DNA of 64,000 nt from Vicinamibacteria bacterium (GCA_963422395.1 OY729431.1:1984001-2048000), one strand, 5' to 3'; positions 30,296 to 41,273 are shown, counted from the stretch's first letter. A program made the numbers and translations. Notes: generated by a model from the sequence alone, not told the origin.

Positions 30296-33175
30296 ATGCC
30301 CGAAGAACCCCATCCCTACGCCGACTTCCTCCACCGAGTGAGCCGTCCGGCGCGCTACGCCGGAGGAGAGCGGTTTTCGATCGTCGAGGAGTCGGACACC
30401 GGGATCGCCTCCCGGATGGCCTTCTGTTTCCCCGATGTGTACGACATCGGCATGAGTCATCTCGGCACCAAGATCCTCTACCAGGTGGTGAACGCCGAGC
30501 CCGATCTCGTACTGGAGCGGGTCTTCTGTCCCTGGCCGGACATGGAGGGGGAACTCCGAAAGCGCGGGCTGCCGCTCATCAGCCTCGAAACGCGGCGGCC
30601 GCTCTCCGATTTCGACATCGTGGGCTTCTCCCTCCAGTACGAATTGACCTTCACGAATGTGCTGACCATGCTCGACCTCGGCGGGATTCCGCTCCGAAGC
30701 GCCGATCGGGCCGCGGAGGATCCGCTGGTGATCGCCGGGGGACCGGTCGCCACCCAGCCGGAGCCGCTCGCGCCCTTCGTGGACGCCTTTCTGATCGGGG
30801 ACGCCGAAGAACGCCTCCCCGAACTGATGCGCGAGGACGCGCACCTCAGGCAGGACGGGATCCTCGACCGGGAGGAACGGCTCGTCCGGCTCGCCGCCGG
30901 CGGCGGCCTCTACTGCCCGGCCCTCTACGAGCGCGAAGTCTGCCCGCGGTCCGGACTCGCCTTCGTCTCCCGGCCGCTCCGTCCCGAGGTTCCGCTGCGG
31001 GTCGAACGCGCCTTTCTCGACGATGTGAACCGCTTCCCCTTCCCGGACGAGTCCCCGATTCCCGCTGCGGAGGCGATCTTCGACCGCACCGCAGTGGAGA
31101 TCGCCCGCGGCTGCACCGAGGGCTGCCGGTTCTGCCAGGCGGGCATGATCTACCGGCCGGTGCGCGAGCGGGATCCGAAGCAGATCGTCGAGACGGTGGT
31201 TTCGGCGGTCGAGAAGGGCGGCTACGACGAGGCCTCGCTGACCTCGCTCTCCACCGCTGACTATTCGTGCGTCGCTCCGCTGGTCCGGGAGGTGATGCGC
31301 GAACTGGCACCCCGCCGGGTTTCTCTCGGCATCTCCAGCCTCCGCGCCTACGGGCTTCCGGAAGAGGTCCTCGACGACATCGCGCAGGTGAAGGCGACCG
31401 GCCTCACGTTCGCCCCCGAAGCCGGCTCCCAGCGGATGCGGGATGTGGTGAACAAGAATGTCAGCGAGGCGGACATCTACGAGACCTGCCAGCGGGTGTT
31501 CTCACGCGGCTGGGACCGGGCGAAGCTCTACTTCATGATCGGACTCCCCACCGAGGAGGACGAGGATGTCCTGGGAATCGCCGACATGGGGCGGCAGGCC
31601 CGCCAGATCGGAGACCGCGAGGCGAAGCGCCGAGTCCGGATCACCGTTTCCATTTCGAGCCATGTACCGAAGCCCCATACGCCGTTCCAGTGGTGCGCCC
31701 AGGATGCGATGGCCGAGATCGAGCGGAAACAGGCGCTTCTCGCAGAGCGCGCCCGCCAGGACGGGTTCCGGCTCCGCACCCACGACCGGCGGGTGAGCCA
31801 CCTGGAAGGGATCCTCGCCCGCGGTGACGTCCGAGTGGCACGGCTCGTCGAAATCGCCTGGCGCCTCGGCGCCCGTTTCGACGGCTGGGACGAGCACTTC
31901 CGCTGGGAGGTGTGGACTCGGGCGCTCGACCGGTTCGAGGCGGAGACCGGCGCCTCCCGCGAGGAATATCTGGGAACGATCCCGGTGGACGGCCGGCTGC
32001 CTTGGGAGCATGTGGATGTGGGGCTGGCGGACGGTTTCCTGCTGCGTGAGTACCGGCGTTCGCTCCGAGGCCGGGCTTCGCCGCCCTGCGGCAAGCCGGT
32101 CTCGATGCAGGTCCACCACACGAACGCCCGCGCCGCCCGTGCCGACGACCGCCGGCTGGTCTGCTACCACTGCGGGGTGGCCTGCGACCTCGCCGGGATG
32201 CGGTCCGAGCGGATCGCCTTCCTCCAAGAGCTCGGGGCCGAAGCTCCACGGACGGCCCCGGCGGCGGAAGTTCGGCTGCCGGTCGTCGGCGCCGCGGCCC
32301 CGCCTTCGTCGGGTTCCGGGGCGCGCCGCCGCCCCACTCCGCCGGCCCGGGCGCCCCAGGGGGATGCGGTCTGCTACCGCGCCCGCTTCGAGAAGTTCGG
32401 TCCGATGGCGCTTCGGGGCCACGGGGAACTCCTTCGGGTCCTGCCTCGGGTGCTGCGCCGGGCGGGGTTGCCGCTCCGCTTCAGCGAAGGCTTCTCACCG
32501 CGTCCGAAGCTCAGTTTCGGCCCCGCGCTGCCGCTCGGCATCCAGTCGCTGGCCGAATACTGCGAGTTCGTGCTGATCGGGAACGCCCCGCCGTCCGCAG
32601 TGCTCGCGGCGCTCCGCCGAGCTTCCGAACCAGGGCTTCGGTTCACCGAACTCGTCCGGGTCGAACCGGGAGTGCCGCGGCTCTCGCGGTGGGCCTCCGC
32701 ACTGCGCTACGCGGTGCTGCTCGCCGCAGACGCCGATCCGGTGGAGATCGAATCCCGCCTCTCGGCCTTCCGCGCAAGCGATTCCTGGCCCATCGTCCTG
32801 ACCCGTCGGGTAAAACCGGGAGCCAGGCGGCGCAGCCCCGCTTCTCGCTCGGCGGCCCCGCGAGAACGAACCGTCGAGCAGGACCTCCACCGCTTCGTGG
32901 ACGAGGTTCTCCTCGCACCCGCAGGGCCGGAAGCGGCGCTCTTCGGCTGCTCTGCCGAGCGTGCGACGCTGCGCTTTCGCACCGTGCTCCCCGGCGGCGG
33001 GCCGACGCCGCGCCCGGACGAGATCACCCACTCGCTGCTCGGCTTCGAGCCAGTGGCACCGGAGATCCTCCGCACCGCCTGCGAACCGGCCGACGCCGCC
33101 TCTGCGAGTTCTCCGGCGGGATCCCCCACCCCGCAACCCAGATGCTCAGCAGCGCCTGCCGCGGAATCGGGATGA
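30296..33175 (+). CDS. TIGR03960-type radical SAM protein fused to a DUF2344 domain
   Basis: FPDVYDIGMSHLG, CTEGCRFC (CxxxCxxC), PKPHTPFQW; C-terminal FSEGFSPRPKLSFGPALPLG. Confidence 0.9.
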   Translation: MPEEPHPYADFLHRVSRPARYAGGERFSIVEESDTGIASRMAFCFPDVYDIGMSHLGTKILYQVVNAEPDLVLERVFCPWPDMEGELRKRGLPLISLETRRPLSDFDIVGFSLQYELTFTNVLTMLDLGGIPLRSADRAAEDPLVIAGGPVATQPEPLAPFVDAFLIGDAEERLPELMREDAHLRQDGILDREERLVRLAAGGGLYCPALYEREVCPRSGLAFVSRPLRPEVPLRVERAFLDDVNRFPFPDESPIPAAEAIFDRTAVEIARGCTEGCRFCQAGMIYRPVRERDPKQIVETVVSAVEKGGYDEASLTSLSTADYSCVAPLVREVMRELAPRRVSLGISSLRAYGLPEEVLDDIAQVKATGLTFAPEAGSQRMRDVVNKNVSEADIYETCQRVFSRGWDRAKLYFMIGLPTEEDEDVLGIADMGRQARQIGDREAKRRVRITVSISSHVPKPHTPFQWCAQDAMAEIERKQALLAERARQDGFRLRTHDRRVSHLEGILARGDVRVARLVEIAWRLGARFDGWDEHFRWEVWTRALDRFEAETGASREEYLGTIPVDGRLPWEHVDVGLADGFLLREYRRSLRGRASPPCGKPVSMQVHHTNARAARADDRRLVCYHCGVACDLAGMRSERIAFLQELGAEAPRTAPAAEVRLPVVGAAAPPSSGSGARRRPTPPARAPQGDAVCYRARFEKFGPMALRGHGELLRVLPRVLRRAGLPLRFSEGFSPRPKLSFGPALPLGIQSLAEYCEFVLIGNAPPSAVLAALRRASEPGLRFTELVRVEPGVPRLSRWASALRYAVLLAADADPVEIESRLSAFRASDSWPIVLTRRVKPGARRRSPASRSAAPRERTVEQDLHRFVDEVLLAPAGPEAALFGCSAERATLRFRTVLPGGGPTPRPDEITHSLLGFEPVAPEILRTACEPADAASASSPAGSPTPQPRCSAAPAAESG

Positions 33176-34269
33176 GACGGGCACTCTCGGCCGGGCGCGA
33201 GGCGGTCGCGCTGCCGGGGGCGGAACGGTCCGGCGATCGAAGCCGCCCTCCCGACGCCTCCTTGCCACCCGGAAACTGCAGCGAGCTCGACAAGCTCGAG
33301 GGACCCCTCGGGGGGAGGGTTCGCCCGCCGCCGATCAGCGCTCGGAACTTCGGCGGAATCACGGTTCCCCACCCCTTTCCGTATCAGGGCAGCAAGCGGA
33401 GCATCGCCCGCCACATCCTTCCGCACTTCCCGCGATCCATCGGCAGTCTGATCGAACCCTTCTGCGGATCCGCGGCGCTCTCCATCGCCGCCGTGTCCCA
33501 CGGGCTTGCCGAGAGAGTCTGGCTGAACGATGTCAACGCGCCGCTCATCAGGCTATGGGGCGAGATCCTGGAAAACCCCGAGAGACTCGCTGCAGGCTAC
33601 GGAGCGCTGTGGAACGAGCAGCGCGCCGATCGCAAGCAGTTCTTCCTCCGGATCCGAAGGGAGTTCAACGAGACTCATGAAACGCATCATCTCCTCTACC
33701 TGCTGGCGCGCATCGTGAAAGGATCCATTCGTTACGGCCGGGACGGCCGCTTCAACCAGAGTCCGGACAACCGCCGGGCGGGAATGCGGCCGGCAACGAT
33801 GCGGCGGCAGATCCTGGGAGTCTCGAATCGTCTCTCCGGAAGAACGAGACTCACGGCTTCGGACTACCGGATGGTGGCGGCCCAGGCAGCGGCGGAGGAT
33901 CTGGTGTACCTGGATCCTCCGTACCAAGGCACTTCCTCTTCTCGCGACCAACGCTACTACAGTGGTGTCGGGTATGGAGAATTGGTGGGGACACTTCAGG
34001 AGATGAATGCCGCGGGGATTTCCTTCATCGTCAGTTACGACGGTCGAACCGGGAACAAGGATCACGGAAGATCCCTTCCGGAGGAGCTGTCGCTCACCAG
34101 GCTTCCCATTCGATCCGGGGTGTCGAGCCAGTCTGTTTTGTTGGGAAACGCTTCCGAGACGATCGAGTCTCTCTATCTTTCTCCCGCCCTCAGGTCCCGC
34201 CTCGACAGCGGAGAGGAGCGGGGACACCGCCGAAGGGGCGCGGCTCACGCCCACTCTTTGTTCGCATGA
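33172..34269 (+). CDS. Dam-like (D12 class) N6-adenine DNA methyltransferase
   Basis: PFPYQGSKR, EPFCGSAA, LNDVN, VYLDPPY; the true start may be later (near 33360). Confidence 0.9.
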   Translation: MRRALSAGREAVALPGAERSGDRSRPPDASLPPGNCSELDKLEGPLGGRVRPPPISARNFGGITVPHPFPYQGSKRSIARHILPHFPRSIGSLIEPFCGSAALSIAAVSHGLAERVWLNDVNAPLIRLWGEILENPERLAAGYGALWNEQRADRKQFFLRIRREFNETHETHHLLYLLARIVKGSIRYGRDGRFNQSPDNRRAGMRPATMRRQILGVSNRLSGRTRLTASDYRMVAAQAAAEDLVYLDPPYQGTSSSRDQRYYSGVGYGELVGTLQEMNAAGISFIVSYDGRTGNKDHGRSLPEELSLTRLPIRSGVSSQSVLLGNASETIESLYLSPALRSRLDSGEERGHRRRGAAHAHSLFA

Positions 34270-34994
34270 GCGAACGAAATCTTCCAGAAGCCTTCCGCAG
34301 GCTTCTGGAGGCAGTAGATGCCAAGAGGCCTCGAACGGTAATCCAGCATCTTCTGAAGCATGGGCAGATAACGACCGAAGACCTGCAGACCAGGTATGGA
34401 TACAACCATCCGCCGAGAGCGATCCGAGATGTGCGGGAGCTGGGAATCCCGATCGATACCTTCCGGGTGACCGGATCGGATGGCAGGAGTATTGCGGCGT
34501 ACAGATTTGGCGATCCGAAACAGGTGCGCGCAGCACTGATGGGACGCACCGCATTCGCTGCTGGCTTGAAAAACGAACTCCTGGAGAATCCCGGTACGCG
34601 CTGCAATATCTATCTCGAAGAATTTCCTGCTCAGGAGCTGCAGATCGATCATCGAATTCCCTTCGAGATCGCCGGCGATCACCCAGCATCCGCGGATCCC
34701 GACCGATACCTGCTCCTGTGCGCCTCGGCGAACCGGGCGAAGTCATGGAGCTGTGAGCACTGCACGAACTGGAAGCAGAAAGACCCGAAAATCTGCAAGT
34801 CCTGTTATTGGGCCTATCCAGAGGAATATACCCATGTCGCCATGCGCGAGATCCGCCGTCTCGACATTCTCTGGCGAGACGACGAAATCTCCGACTACGA
34901 AAATCTTCGGAAGGTTTCCTCGATAGCTCGACAGGAGATTCCGGAATATGTGAAGAGCGTGCTGCGGAAAATCTTTTCGGGAAAGGAGAGCTGA
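34266..34994 (+). CDS. HNH endonuclease with N-terminal HTH, putative cognate restriction enzyme
   Basis: QIDHRIP...LLCASANRAKSWSCEHC...CKSC; ATGA overlap with the MTase. Confidence 0.8.
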   Translation: MSERNLPEAFRRLLEAVDAKRPRTVIQHLLKHGQITTEDLQTRYGYNHPPRAIRDVRELGIPIDTFRVTGSDGRSIAAYRFGDPKQVRAALMGRTAFAAGLKNELLENPGTRCNIYLEEFPAQELQIDHRIPFEIAGDHPASADPDRYLLLCASANRAKSWSCEHCTNWKQKDPKICKSCYWAYPEEYTHVAMREIRRLDILWRDDEISDYENLRKVSSIARQEIPEYVKSVLRKIFSGKES

Positions 34995-36829
34995 TGACCA
35001 GGATCGGGGCCGACGATCGGTTCGCTGTGAAGATGCAGGGTCTTGCCGTTGCCGCGATGGCGATCGCGGCCGCTGCCGGATCGGTGTGTGCCGCCAGTGC
35101 AATGGAGCGCGACGAGCCGCTTCACGCGCTTTTCGATGAATTCATGGAGTTCCGGCGCCGTGAGGAGCCTCGCTTCGCGGCCTCGATCGACGGAATCCCT
35201 CCGGAGAGCCTCGGCCGGGTGACCGAAGTGCATGTCGCGAACCGAACTGCCATGGTCCGGGAGTTCCGGGACCGACTCCTGGAGATTCCCCATGAGCGGC
35301 TCTCGGACGAAGACCGCGTGCACCGCGATGTGTTCGAGGTGGCGCTTTCCGAAAGGATCGGCGACGCCCGGTTCGGCGCCCACTTCCTCCCCATCAACGC
35401 CGATTCGGGCTTCCACATCGGAATGGCGCGGCTCCCGCATTCGATCCCCCTGCGCGCTGCAGCGGATTACGAGGCGTATATCGCCCTGCTCCTCGACATC
35501 CCGCGTTACTTCGATGAATACATCGCCCTGATGCGGCGGGGGATCGAACTGGGTATGACGGTCCCCGGCATCGTCCTCGAGGGATATGAGGGCACGATCA
35601 CCAGTCATGTGGTCGAGGACCCCGAAGCGAGCGTTTTCTTCGCGCCCTTCGATGCCTTCCCCGAGCGGATCGGCGAGGCAGATCGCGGGCGGCTCCGCTC
35701 CGCTGGCGCAGCAGCAGTGAGAGAAGGCCCGATATCCGCTTACCGATCCTTTCTCGACTTCTTCGAGAACGAATACCGCCCTGCGGCCCGAACTACGATC
35801 GCCGCGTCGGACCTGCCGGCAGGAGAAGAGTACTACGCATTCCTCATCGGTCGGTTCACCACTCTCGACCGGACAGCCGAGGAAATCCACCGAATCGGCC
35901 TCGAAGAAGTGGAGCGCATCCGCGGCGAGATGGATCAGGCGATGCGCGCCACCGGTTTTCGCGGGGAATGGGACGCCTTCCTGGAGTTCCTGCGTACCGA
36001 TCCCCGCTTCTATGTGGAGACTCCCGAAGAGCTGCTGCGAGAAGCGGCATGGATCGTGAAACGGATGGACGGTGCGCTGCCGCGCCTGTTCCGCCAGCTG
36101 CCCCGCCAGCCCTACACCGTGGAGCCGGTGCCGGACGCCATCGCGCCGAAGTACACCGGTGGTCGCTATGTGGGAGCCCCACTCGCCTCCACGCAGCCGG
36201 GTCGCTACTGGGTGAATACCTACCGGGTCGAAAGTCGTCCGCTCTATACCCTCGAAGCGCTCTCTCTCCACGAAGCGGTCCCCGGCCATCACTTGCAGAT
36301 CTCGCTCGCCAAAGAGCTCGAAATGCCTGCGTTTCGCCGGCACTTCGGGATCGGCGCATACAGCGAGGGCTGGGCGCTCTATTCGGAGCGGCTCGGCCTC
36401 GAGGCGGGCTTCTACGAAGATCCCTACCGCAATTTCGGCCGACTGACCTACGAGATGTGGCGTGCCTGCCGACTGGTGGTGGACACCGGAATGCACGCTC
36501 TCGGCTGGACCCGCCAGCAAGCCCTCGACTACCTCGCCGCAAACACCGCGCTCTCGCTCCACGAGATCACTACCGAGACCGACCGCTATATCGCTTGGCC
36601 GGGGCAAGCGCTCGGCTACAAGATGGGTGAGCTCAAGATCCGTGAAATGCGCGCACTCGCCGAGGCCGCGTTGGGGGAGGACTTCGACATCCGCGAGTTC
36701 CACCACCAGGTTCTCTCGAATGGTCCGGTGACTCTCCCGATCCTCGACCGCCTCCTCCGGACCTGGATCTCGGAGCGTTCCACTTCGGAAGCACCAGAGC
36801 CCCTCGGGGATGGAGATCGCGGTGACTAG
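34994..36829 (+). CDS. DUF885 family protein
   Basis: HEAVPGHHLQI, YSEGWALYSE, RLVVDTGMH, PGQALGYKMG. Confidence 0.92.
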   Translation: MTRIGADDRFAVKMQGLAVAAMAIAAAAGSVCAASAMERDEPLHALFDEFMEFRRREEPRFAASIDGIPPESLGRVTEVHVANRTAMVREFRDRLLEIPHERLSDEDRVHRDVFEVALSERIGDARFGAHFLPINADSGFHIGMARLPHSIPLRAAADYEAYIALLLDIPRYFDEYIALMRRGIELGMTVPGIVLEGYEGTITSHVVEDPEASVFFAPFDAFPERIGEADRGRLRSAGAAAVREGPISAYRSFLDFFENEYRPAARTTIAASDLPAGEEYYAFLIGRFTTLDRTAEEIHRIGLEEVERIRGEMDQAMRATGFRGEWDAFLEFLRTDPRFYVETPEELLREAAWIVKRMDGALPRLFRQLPRQPYTVEPVPDAIAPKYTGGRYVGAPLASTQPGRYWVNTYRVESRPLYTLEALSLHEAVPGHHLQISLAKELEMPAFRRHFGIGAYSEGWALYSERLGLEAGFYEDPYRNFGRLTYEMWRACRLVVDTGMHALGWTRQQALDYLAANTALSLHEITTETDRYIAWPGQALGYKMGELKIREMRALAEAALGEDFDIREFHHQVLSNGPVTLPILDRLLRTWISERSTSEAPEPLGDGDRGD

Positions 36830-36917
36830 AACCGGTCGGTTGCGCCGATACCGTACGACGATCTCGCTCGGGAGAGGCGCGTTTTCAGTTCGTGGAATCG
36901 GAACGGGAGCGATGGGG

Positions 36918-39900
36918 TCAGCGGTTTCCGGGGATCCTCCTTCCCGGCGTCCACGGGGCGCCCGCTGCTTCGAGGTCGGCTTCGAGCCGAGCCAGGTCTT
37001 CCTCGAGGAGTGAACGCAGCTCGATCCGGAGCGTCTCGAACTCTTCGCCAGCGATCCGCAGGCTCTCGCGCTGGGTATCGGTAGGCGTCTGCCGGGTGTC
37101 CCAGTGGCCGCCCGCGACCTGCGAAACCCGGCCGCGGATCGAGGGAGCGGCGGGGTGGTTGCGCGACCCTCGGGCGGGATCCCCGTTCAGACGCACTTCG
37201 AGCCCGGAGAGGGTTTCGAGGAGGCCGTCCAGGCGAGAGAAGACCGCCTCTGCGGCGCGGGGAGTGCGCTCGAGTGCTGCCCGCAAGTGGCGGAGACGTT
37301 CCCGTATGCGGCTGGCCTCGGCTCCGGCGCCCAGCACCTGCCGCAGCAGCGCGGCGGTTTCGGACTGAAACGCGGCGACTGCCGCCGGATCGGTTCCCTC
37401 GGGAAGGTTCGGCACCGGTTTCACCCGGAACCGCTGCGGTTCACCGAGATTTCGGACGCCGCTGCTGCTGACCGCGATCAGCTCCGCCTGGTACTCGCCC
37501 GGCGCCGCCAGCGGCCCCTGCGGAGGCCGCACCCACGGCGGAGTGAATCCGGGAGAGTCGAGACGCACCGGGTTCGGCGCCGGGCCACGCAGGTCCCAGG
37601 CGACCCGGTGGACGCCGTCCTCGGCGGGACCGGCGACCCGACGCACCGGCGCCCCGCGGTCGTCCCGGATCAGCAGGAAAACCGACGGGTCCGCTTCCAA
37701 CTCCTCCAGCCGCAGCGCGTCGAAGCCCGGAAACGGAATGTCCCGACCGGCTTCCCCGGCCTTCTTCTCGTCGGCGCGGCGCTTTTCGCGCGCCGTCTGG
37801 AGTTCCTCGCTGAGGTAGTAGGTGAACACCGCGCCGAACGGCGGGTTGGCAGCCGCATAGGCGGTGCTCCCCTGCGTCGGGCGTCCCGGAGCCTGCGCCG
37901 GCACGGACGGGATATACCACCACGCGTCGCGCGCCGGGAAGAGGGTGGATTCGCCGGAGCGGACCGCGGCGGCGAGGCTCCGGAGCGGGGCGTAGTCGTC
38001 CAGGATGAAGAAGCCGCGCCCGAAGGAAGCGCCGACGAGGTCGTCATCGCGGCGCTGCAGTTCCAGGTCGCGGAAAGCGATCGTCGGAGCGCCCGGCAGC
38101 CGGACCCAGTGTTCCCCGCGGTTCCACGACACATAGAGCCCGTTCTCGGCGGCCAGGAACAGGAGAGCCGGTTCCACATCGTCCTGTTCGATCGCCCAGA
38201 CGATCACCCCTTCGGGGAGGTCACCGCCGATCGACCGCCAGCTCGTTCCCCGGTCGCGGCTCTCGTAGAGATACGCGTCGAAATCGCCCATCTTGTGGTT
38301 GTCCGCCGCCACGAAGACGGTATCGGCGTCGTGCTGCGACGCCTCCACATCGTTGATGAAGGAAAGCGCCGGCAATCCGGGGAACGAGCCCACCGGCTCC
38401 CACGAACCGCCGCCGTCGCCGCTGCGGTGCACCAAGCCGTCGTCGCTGCCGGCATAGAGAACGCCGGCGGCGACCGGCGACTCGCTGATCGCGGTGAGGG
38501 TCGCATAGCGGGACATCGCTGCGGTGTCGTGGAGGTCGTCCACGCTCCACACCCGGTCGTAGAAGGGCAGCTCGTAGCGGTTGCGGCCGGTGGTCAGATC
38601 ACCGCTGGCCGCAGCCCACGACTGGCCCCGGTCCTCGCTCCGCCAGACTCGCTGGGATCCATACCAGAGGTGGTCGGGGTCATGCGGACTGAGAAGGAGA
38701 GGCGCGTCCCAGTTCCATCGCTCGGGCGGCTCTCCAGGCGCCGGCAGCGGCTGGAGGTGGAGCACTTCGCCGCTCCGGCGGTCGGCTCGCTGCAAGTTGC
38801 CCTGTTGGGTCATCAGATAGAGGATCTTCGGATCGCGCGGATCGATCTGGACACCGTAGCCGTCGGCCCCGAGAGGCACATACCAGTCCCGGTTTCGGAT
38901 CCCCTCCAGGTTCAGCGTGCGGGAAGGGCCATGCACCGTACCGAGATCCTGCGCCCCGCCGAGCAGGTCGTAGAAGGGCTCGGCATCGCTCAGTGCCACC
39001 TTGTAGAACTGGGAGATCGGCAGGTTCGGGAAGTGGCGCCAACTCGCACCCTCGTCGAAGGTCTCGTAGAGCCCGGCGTCGGTGCCCGCGAGCAGGTGGG
39101 CGTGGTCTTCGGGGTCGATCCAGAGCGCGTGGTTGTCGCTGTGCTTCTCGCGTCCGGTTCCGAGGGGGGAGAAGGTCCGGCCGCCGTCGCGGGTCACATG
39201 CAAGAAGACATCCATCTGGTACACGAGATCGGGATCCGTGGAGGACGCCTCGATCTCCTGGTAGTAGTGGGGGCCGGTCCCGCCGGAGAGGTAGGGACTC
39301 TGCCGCTCCCAGCTCTCGCCGAGGTCCAGGGAGCGGTAGAAGCCCCGCACTTCTTCTTCGGCTTCGATCGTCGCATAGAGCCGGCTAGGGTCCGCGGCGG
39401 TCACCGCGAGTCCGATCTTGCCCACCTGTCCCTCGGGAAGCCCGCGGGAGATCCGGCGGAAACTGCGGCCTCCGTCGGACGACTTGTAGATTCCGGAGCC
39501 GGGACCCCCGGCCAGGAACGACCAGACATGCCGGCGCCGCTGGTAGGTCGCCGCATAGACGGTGTCCGGGTCGCCGGGGGCGAACTCGAGATCCGTCGCC
39601 CCGGTGTCCGGCCCGGAATCGAGCACCAGGGTCCAGTGCGCTCCCCCGTCTTCGGTCCGGTACACCCCCCGCTCCCCGCCGCTGTTCCAGAGCGGACCCT
39701 CCGCCGCCACCAGCACGGTGTCTCCATCGCGCGGGTCCACCAGGATCTTTCCGATGTGCTGCGAGCCGGCGAGCCCCATCCGTTCCCACGAACCGCCGCC
39801 GTCCCGGCTCCGGTACACCCCGTCGCCCCAGCCGACATGCCGCCCGCTCACATTCTCGCCGGTGCCGAGCCAGACGACCTCCGGATTCGAGGGGTCGAGG

Positions 39901-40259
39901 GTGACCGCCCCGATGGAGTAGGAGGGGTACTCGTCGAAGACCGGCGTCCAGGTCGTTCCCGCGTTCTCCGTCTTCCAGAGCCCGCCGGAACCAACGGCCG
40001 CATACCAGGTGGACTGCCGCTCCGGGTGCACCGCGATGTCCGCGATGCGGCCTCCCATGAGGGCCGGGCCGATCCCGCGGAGCTCCAGTCCGGAGATCGC
40101 CTCCGCGACCGCCGCGGGGGCGGGTGTCCGGTCCTGATCTTCAGGCTGGCTCCCCGCTGGGCCTCCTGTCGGGATGCCCGATCGGCTCGCCGCCGGGCTC
40201 GCCGCCAGCGCCGCGGCCGCGAGCAGCAGGACGAACCCGATCTTCTTCGACGACTTCAT
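36918..40259 (-). CDS. Secreted VPS10/BNR-repeat glycosyl hydrolase-like protein
   Basis: Signal peptide MKSSKKIGFVLLLAAA; GPALMGGRI; many SxDGGxxW Asp-boxes. Confidence 0.88.
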   Translation of the reverse strand: MKSSKKIGFVLLLAAAALAASPAASRSGIPTGGPAGSQPEDQDRTPAPAAVAEAISGLELRGIGPALMGGRIADIAVHPERQSTWYAAVGSGGLWKTENAGTTWTPVFDEYPSYSIGAVTLDPSNPEVVWLGTGENVSGRHVGWGDGVYRSRDGGGSWERMGLAGSQHIGKILVDPRDGDTVLVAAEGPLWNSGGERGVYRTEDGGAHWTLVLDSGPDTGATDLEFAPGDPDTVYAATYQRRRHVWSFLAGGPGSGIYKSSDGGRSFRRISRGLPEGQVGKIGLAVTAADPSRLYATIEAEEEVRGFYRSLDLGESWERQSPYLSGGTGPHYYQEIEASSTDPDLVYQMDVFLHVTRDGGRTFSPLGTGREKHSDNHALWIDPEDHAHLLAGTDAGLYETFDEGASWRHFPNLPISQFYKVALSDAEPFYDLLGGAQDLGTVHGPSRTLNLEGIRNRDWYVPLGADGYGVQIDPRDPKILYLMTQQGNLQRADRRSGEVLHLQPLPAPGEPPERWNWDAPLLLSPHDPDHLWYGSQRVWRSEDRGQSWAAASGDLTTGRNRYELPFYDRVWSVDDLHDTAAMSRYATLTAISESPVAAGVLYAGSDDGLVHRSGDGGGSWEPVGSFPGLPALSFINDVEASQHDADTVFVAADNHKMGDFDAYLYESRDRGTSWRSIGGDLPEGVIVWAIEQDDVEPALLFLAAENGLYVSWNRGEHWVRLPGAPTIAFRDLELQRRDDDLVGASFGRGFFILDDYAPLRSLAAAVRSGESTLFPARDAWWYIPSVPAQAPGRPTQGSTAYAAANPPFGAVFTYYLSEELQTAREKRRADEKKAGEAGRDIPFPGFDALRLEELEADPSVFLLIRDDRGAPVRRVAGPAEDGVHRVAWDLRGPAPNPVRLDSPGFTPPWVRPPQGPLAAPGEYQAELIAVSSSGVRNLGEPQRFRVKPVPNLPEGTDPAAVAAFQSETAALLRQVLGAGAEASRIRERLRHLRAALERTPRAAEAVFSRLDGLLETLSGLEVRLNGDPARGSRNHPAAPSIRGRVSQVAGGHWDTRQTPTDTQRESLRIAGEEFETLRIELRSLLEEDLARLEADLEAAGAPWTPGRRIPGNR

Positions 40260-40424
40260 CGGTGAGACAGCGATTCTGCCGCCGGGCCGACGGCCCTCGA
40301 TGGTAGGGTATGGCATGAGATTCGCACTCCTCTTCCCCGGGGCCCGGCTTCCTGCCAGCGGCGGCGTCGTCCCCCCCGAGGAGGGGAATGCTAGATGCGA
40401 TCCTCGAAAGGAGATGTTCGATCC

Positions 40425-41273
40425 ATGACGCTGCCTCGCAGCGCCGCTTCTCGCCGGGCGATTCGGCGCTGGCCGGCACGCCGGACGCGGTTCGTCAGCC
40501 GGGGAGTGGTGCTGGCAGTGATCTCGCTGAGCTTCGGAGGGTTGCTCTGGATCCCCACGAGCTGGGCGGGATGGGCGGTGGACATCCTGGTGCGGAGCTG
40601 GTTGGCATTCATCGGAACGGTGATGGCCCACGAGGCGGTGCACGGTCTGCTCGGCGGCTCTCGGCGGACGAACGCGGTCTGGGGGCGGATCGCCCTCTTG
40701 CCCTGCCTCGTGCCCTACGCGAATTTCCGCGCGACCCACCTCCTCCACCATCGGCACACGAACGAGCCGGATCGAGATCCGGATCTGTTCCTCCAAGACG
40801 CCCGCCGCTGGCAGCTGCCGCTCCGGGCGCTCGCCATGCCCCATCAGTGGTTCTTCTGGCTCCGCCGCCGCGGGCGGCTGCCTGCCGGCCAGCTCGCCGA
40901 CCTCTCACTGAACTACCTCGGGATCGGCGTCTGTTACCTCGCGGTCGGTCTGGTGGTGGGGCCCCTGCGCCTCTTCGCCGGAGTGCTTCCCGTCTGTTTC
41001 CTCGTTTCGCTGCTGCTCTGGATCCCGTTCGCCCATCTCACCCATGAGGGATACGCCACCGGCGCCGCCGGAGCGCGCTCCCATGACTATTTCGGCCGCC
41101 TCGCATACTGGTTCTCCTTCGGACTCTCGATGCACCGGGAACACCATCTGCGGCCCCATCTCAGCTGGATCGAGCTGCGCCAGTTCGTGCGGCGCGATCC
41201 GCACCGCCGCCTGCTGCCCCGGCGGGACTTCTGGCGCGGAGCGCCCTCCCCAGCCGCCGGCCGCTCCCGCTGA
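40425..41273 (+). CDS. Membrane fatty acid desaturase family protein
   Basis: His boxes HEAVH, HLLHH and HREHH plus TM segments. Confidence 0.88.
   Translation: MTLPRSAASRRAIRRWPARRTRFVSRGVVLAVISLSFGGLLWIPTSWAGWAVDILVRSWLAFIGTVMAHEAVHGLLGGSRRTNAVWGRIALLPCLVPYANFRATHLLHHRHTNEPDRDPDLFLQDARRWQLPLRALAMPHQWFFWLRRRGRLPAGQLADLSLNYLGIGVCYLAVGLVVGPLRLFAGVLPVCFLVSLLLWIPFAHLTHEGYATGAAGARSHDYFGRLAYWFSFGLSMHREHHLRPHLSWIELRQFVRRDPHRRLLPRRDFWRGAPSPAAGRSR

Noticed and set aside
37104-40265. 1053-aa plus-strand ORF
   Set aside because: Shadow of the VPS10-type gene, caused by high-GC codon bias.
40260-40844. Extended N-terminus of the 1308-aa ORF
   Set aside because: Overlaps the desaturase on the other strand; a good signal peptide starts at 40259.
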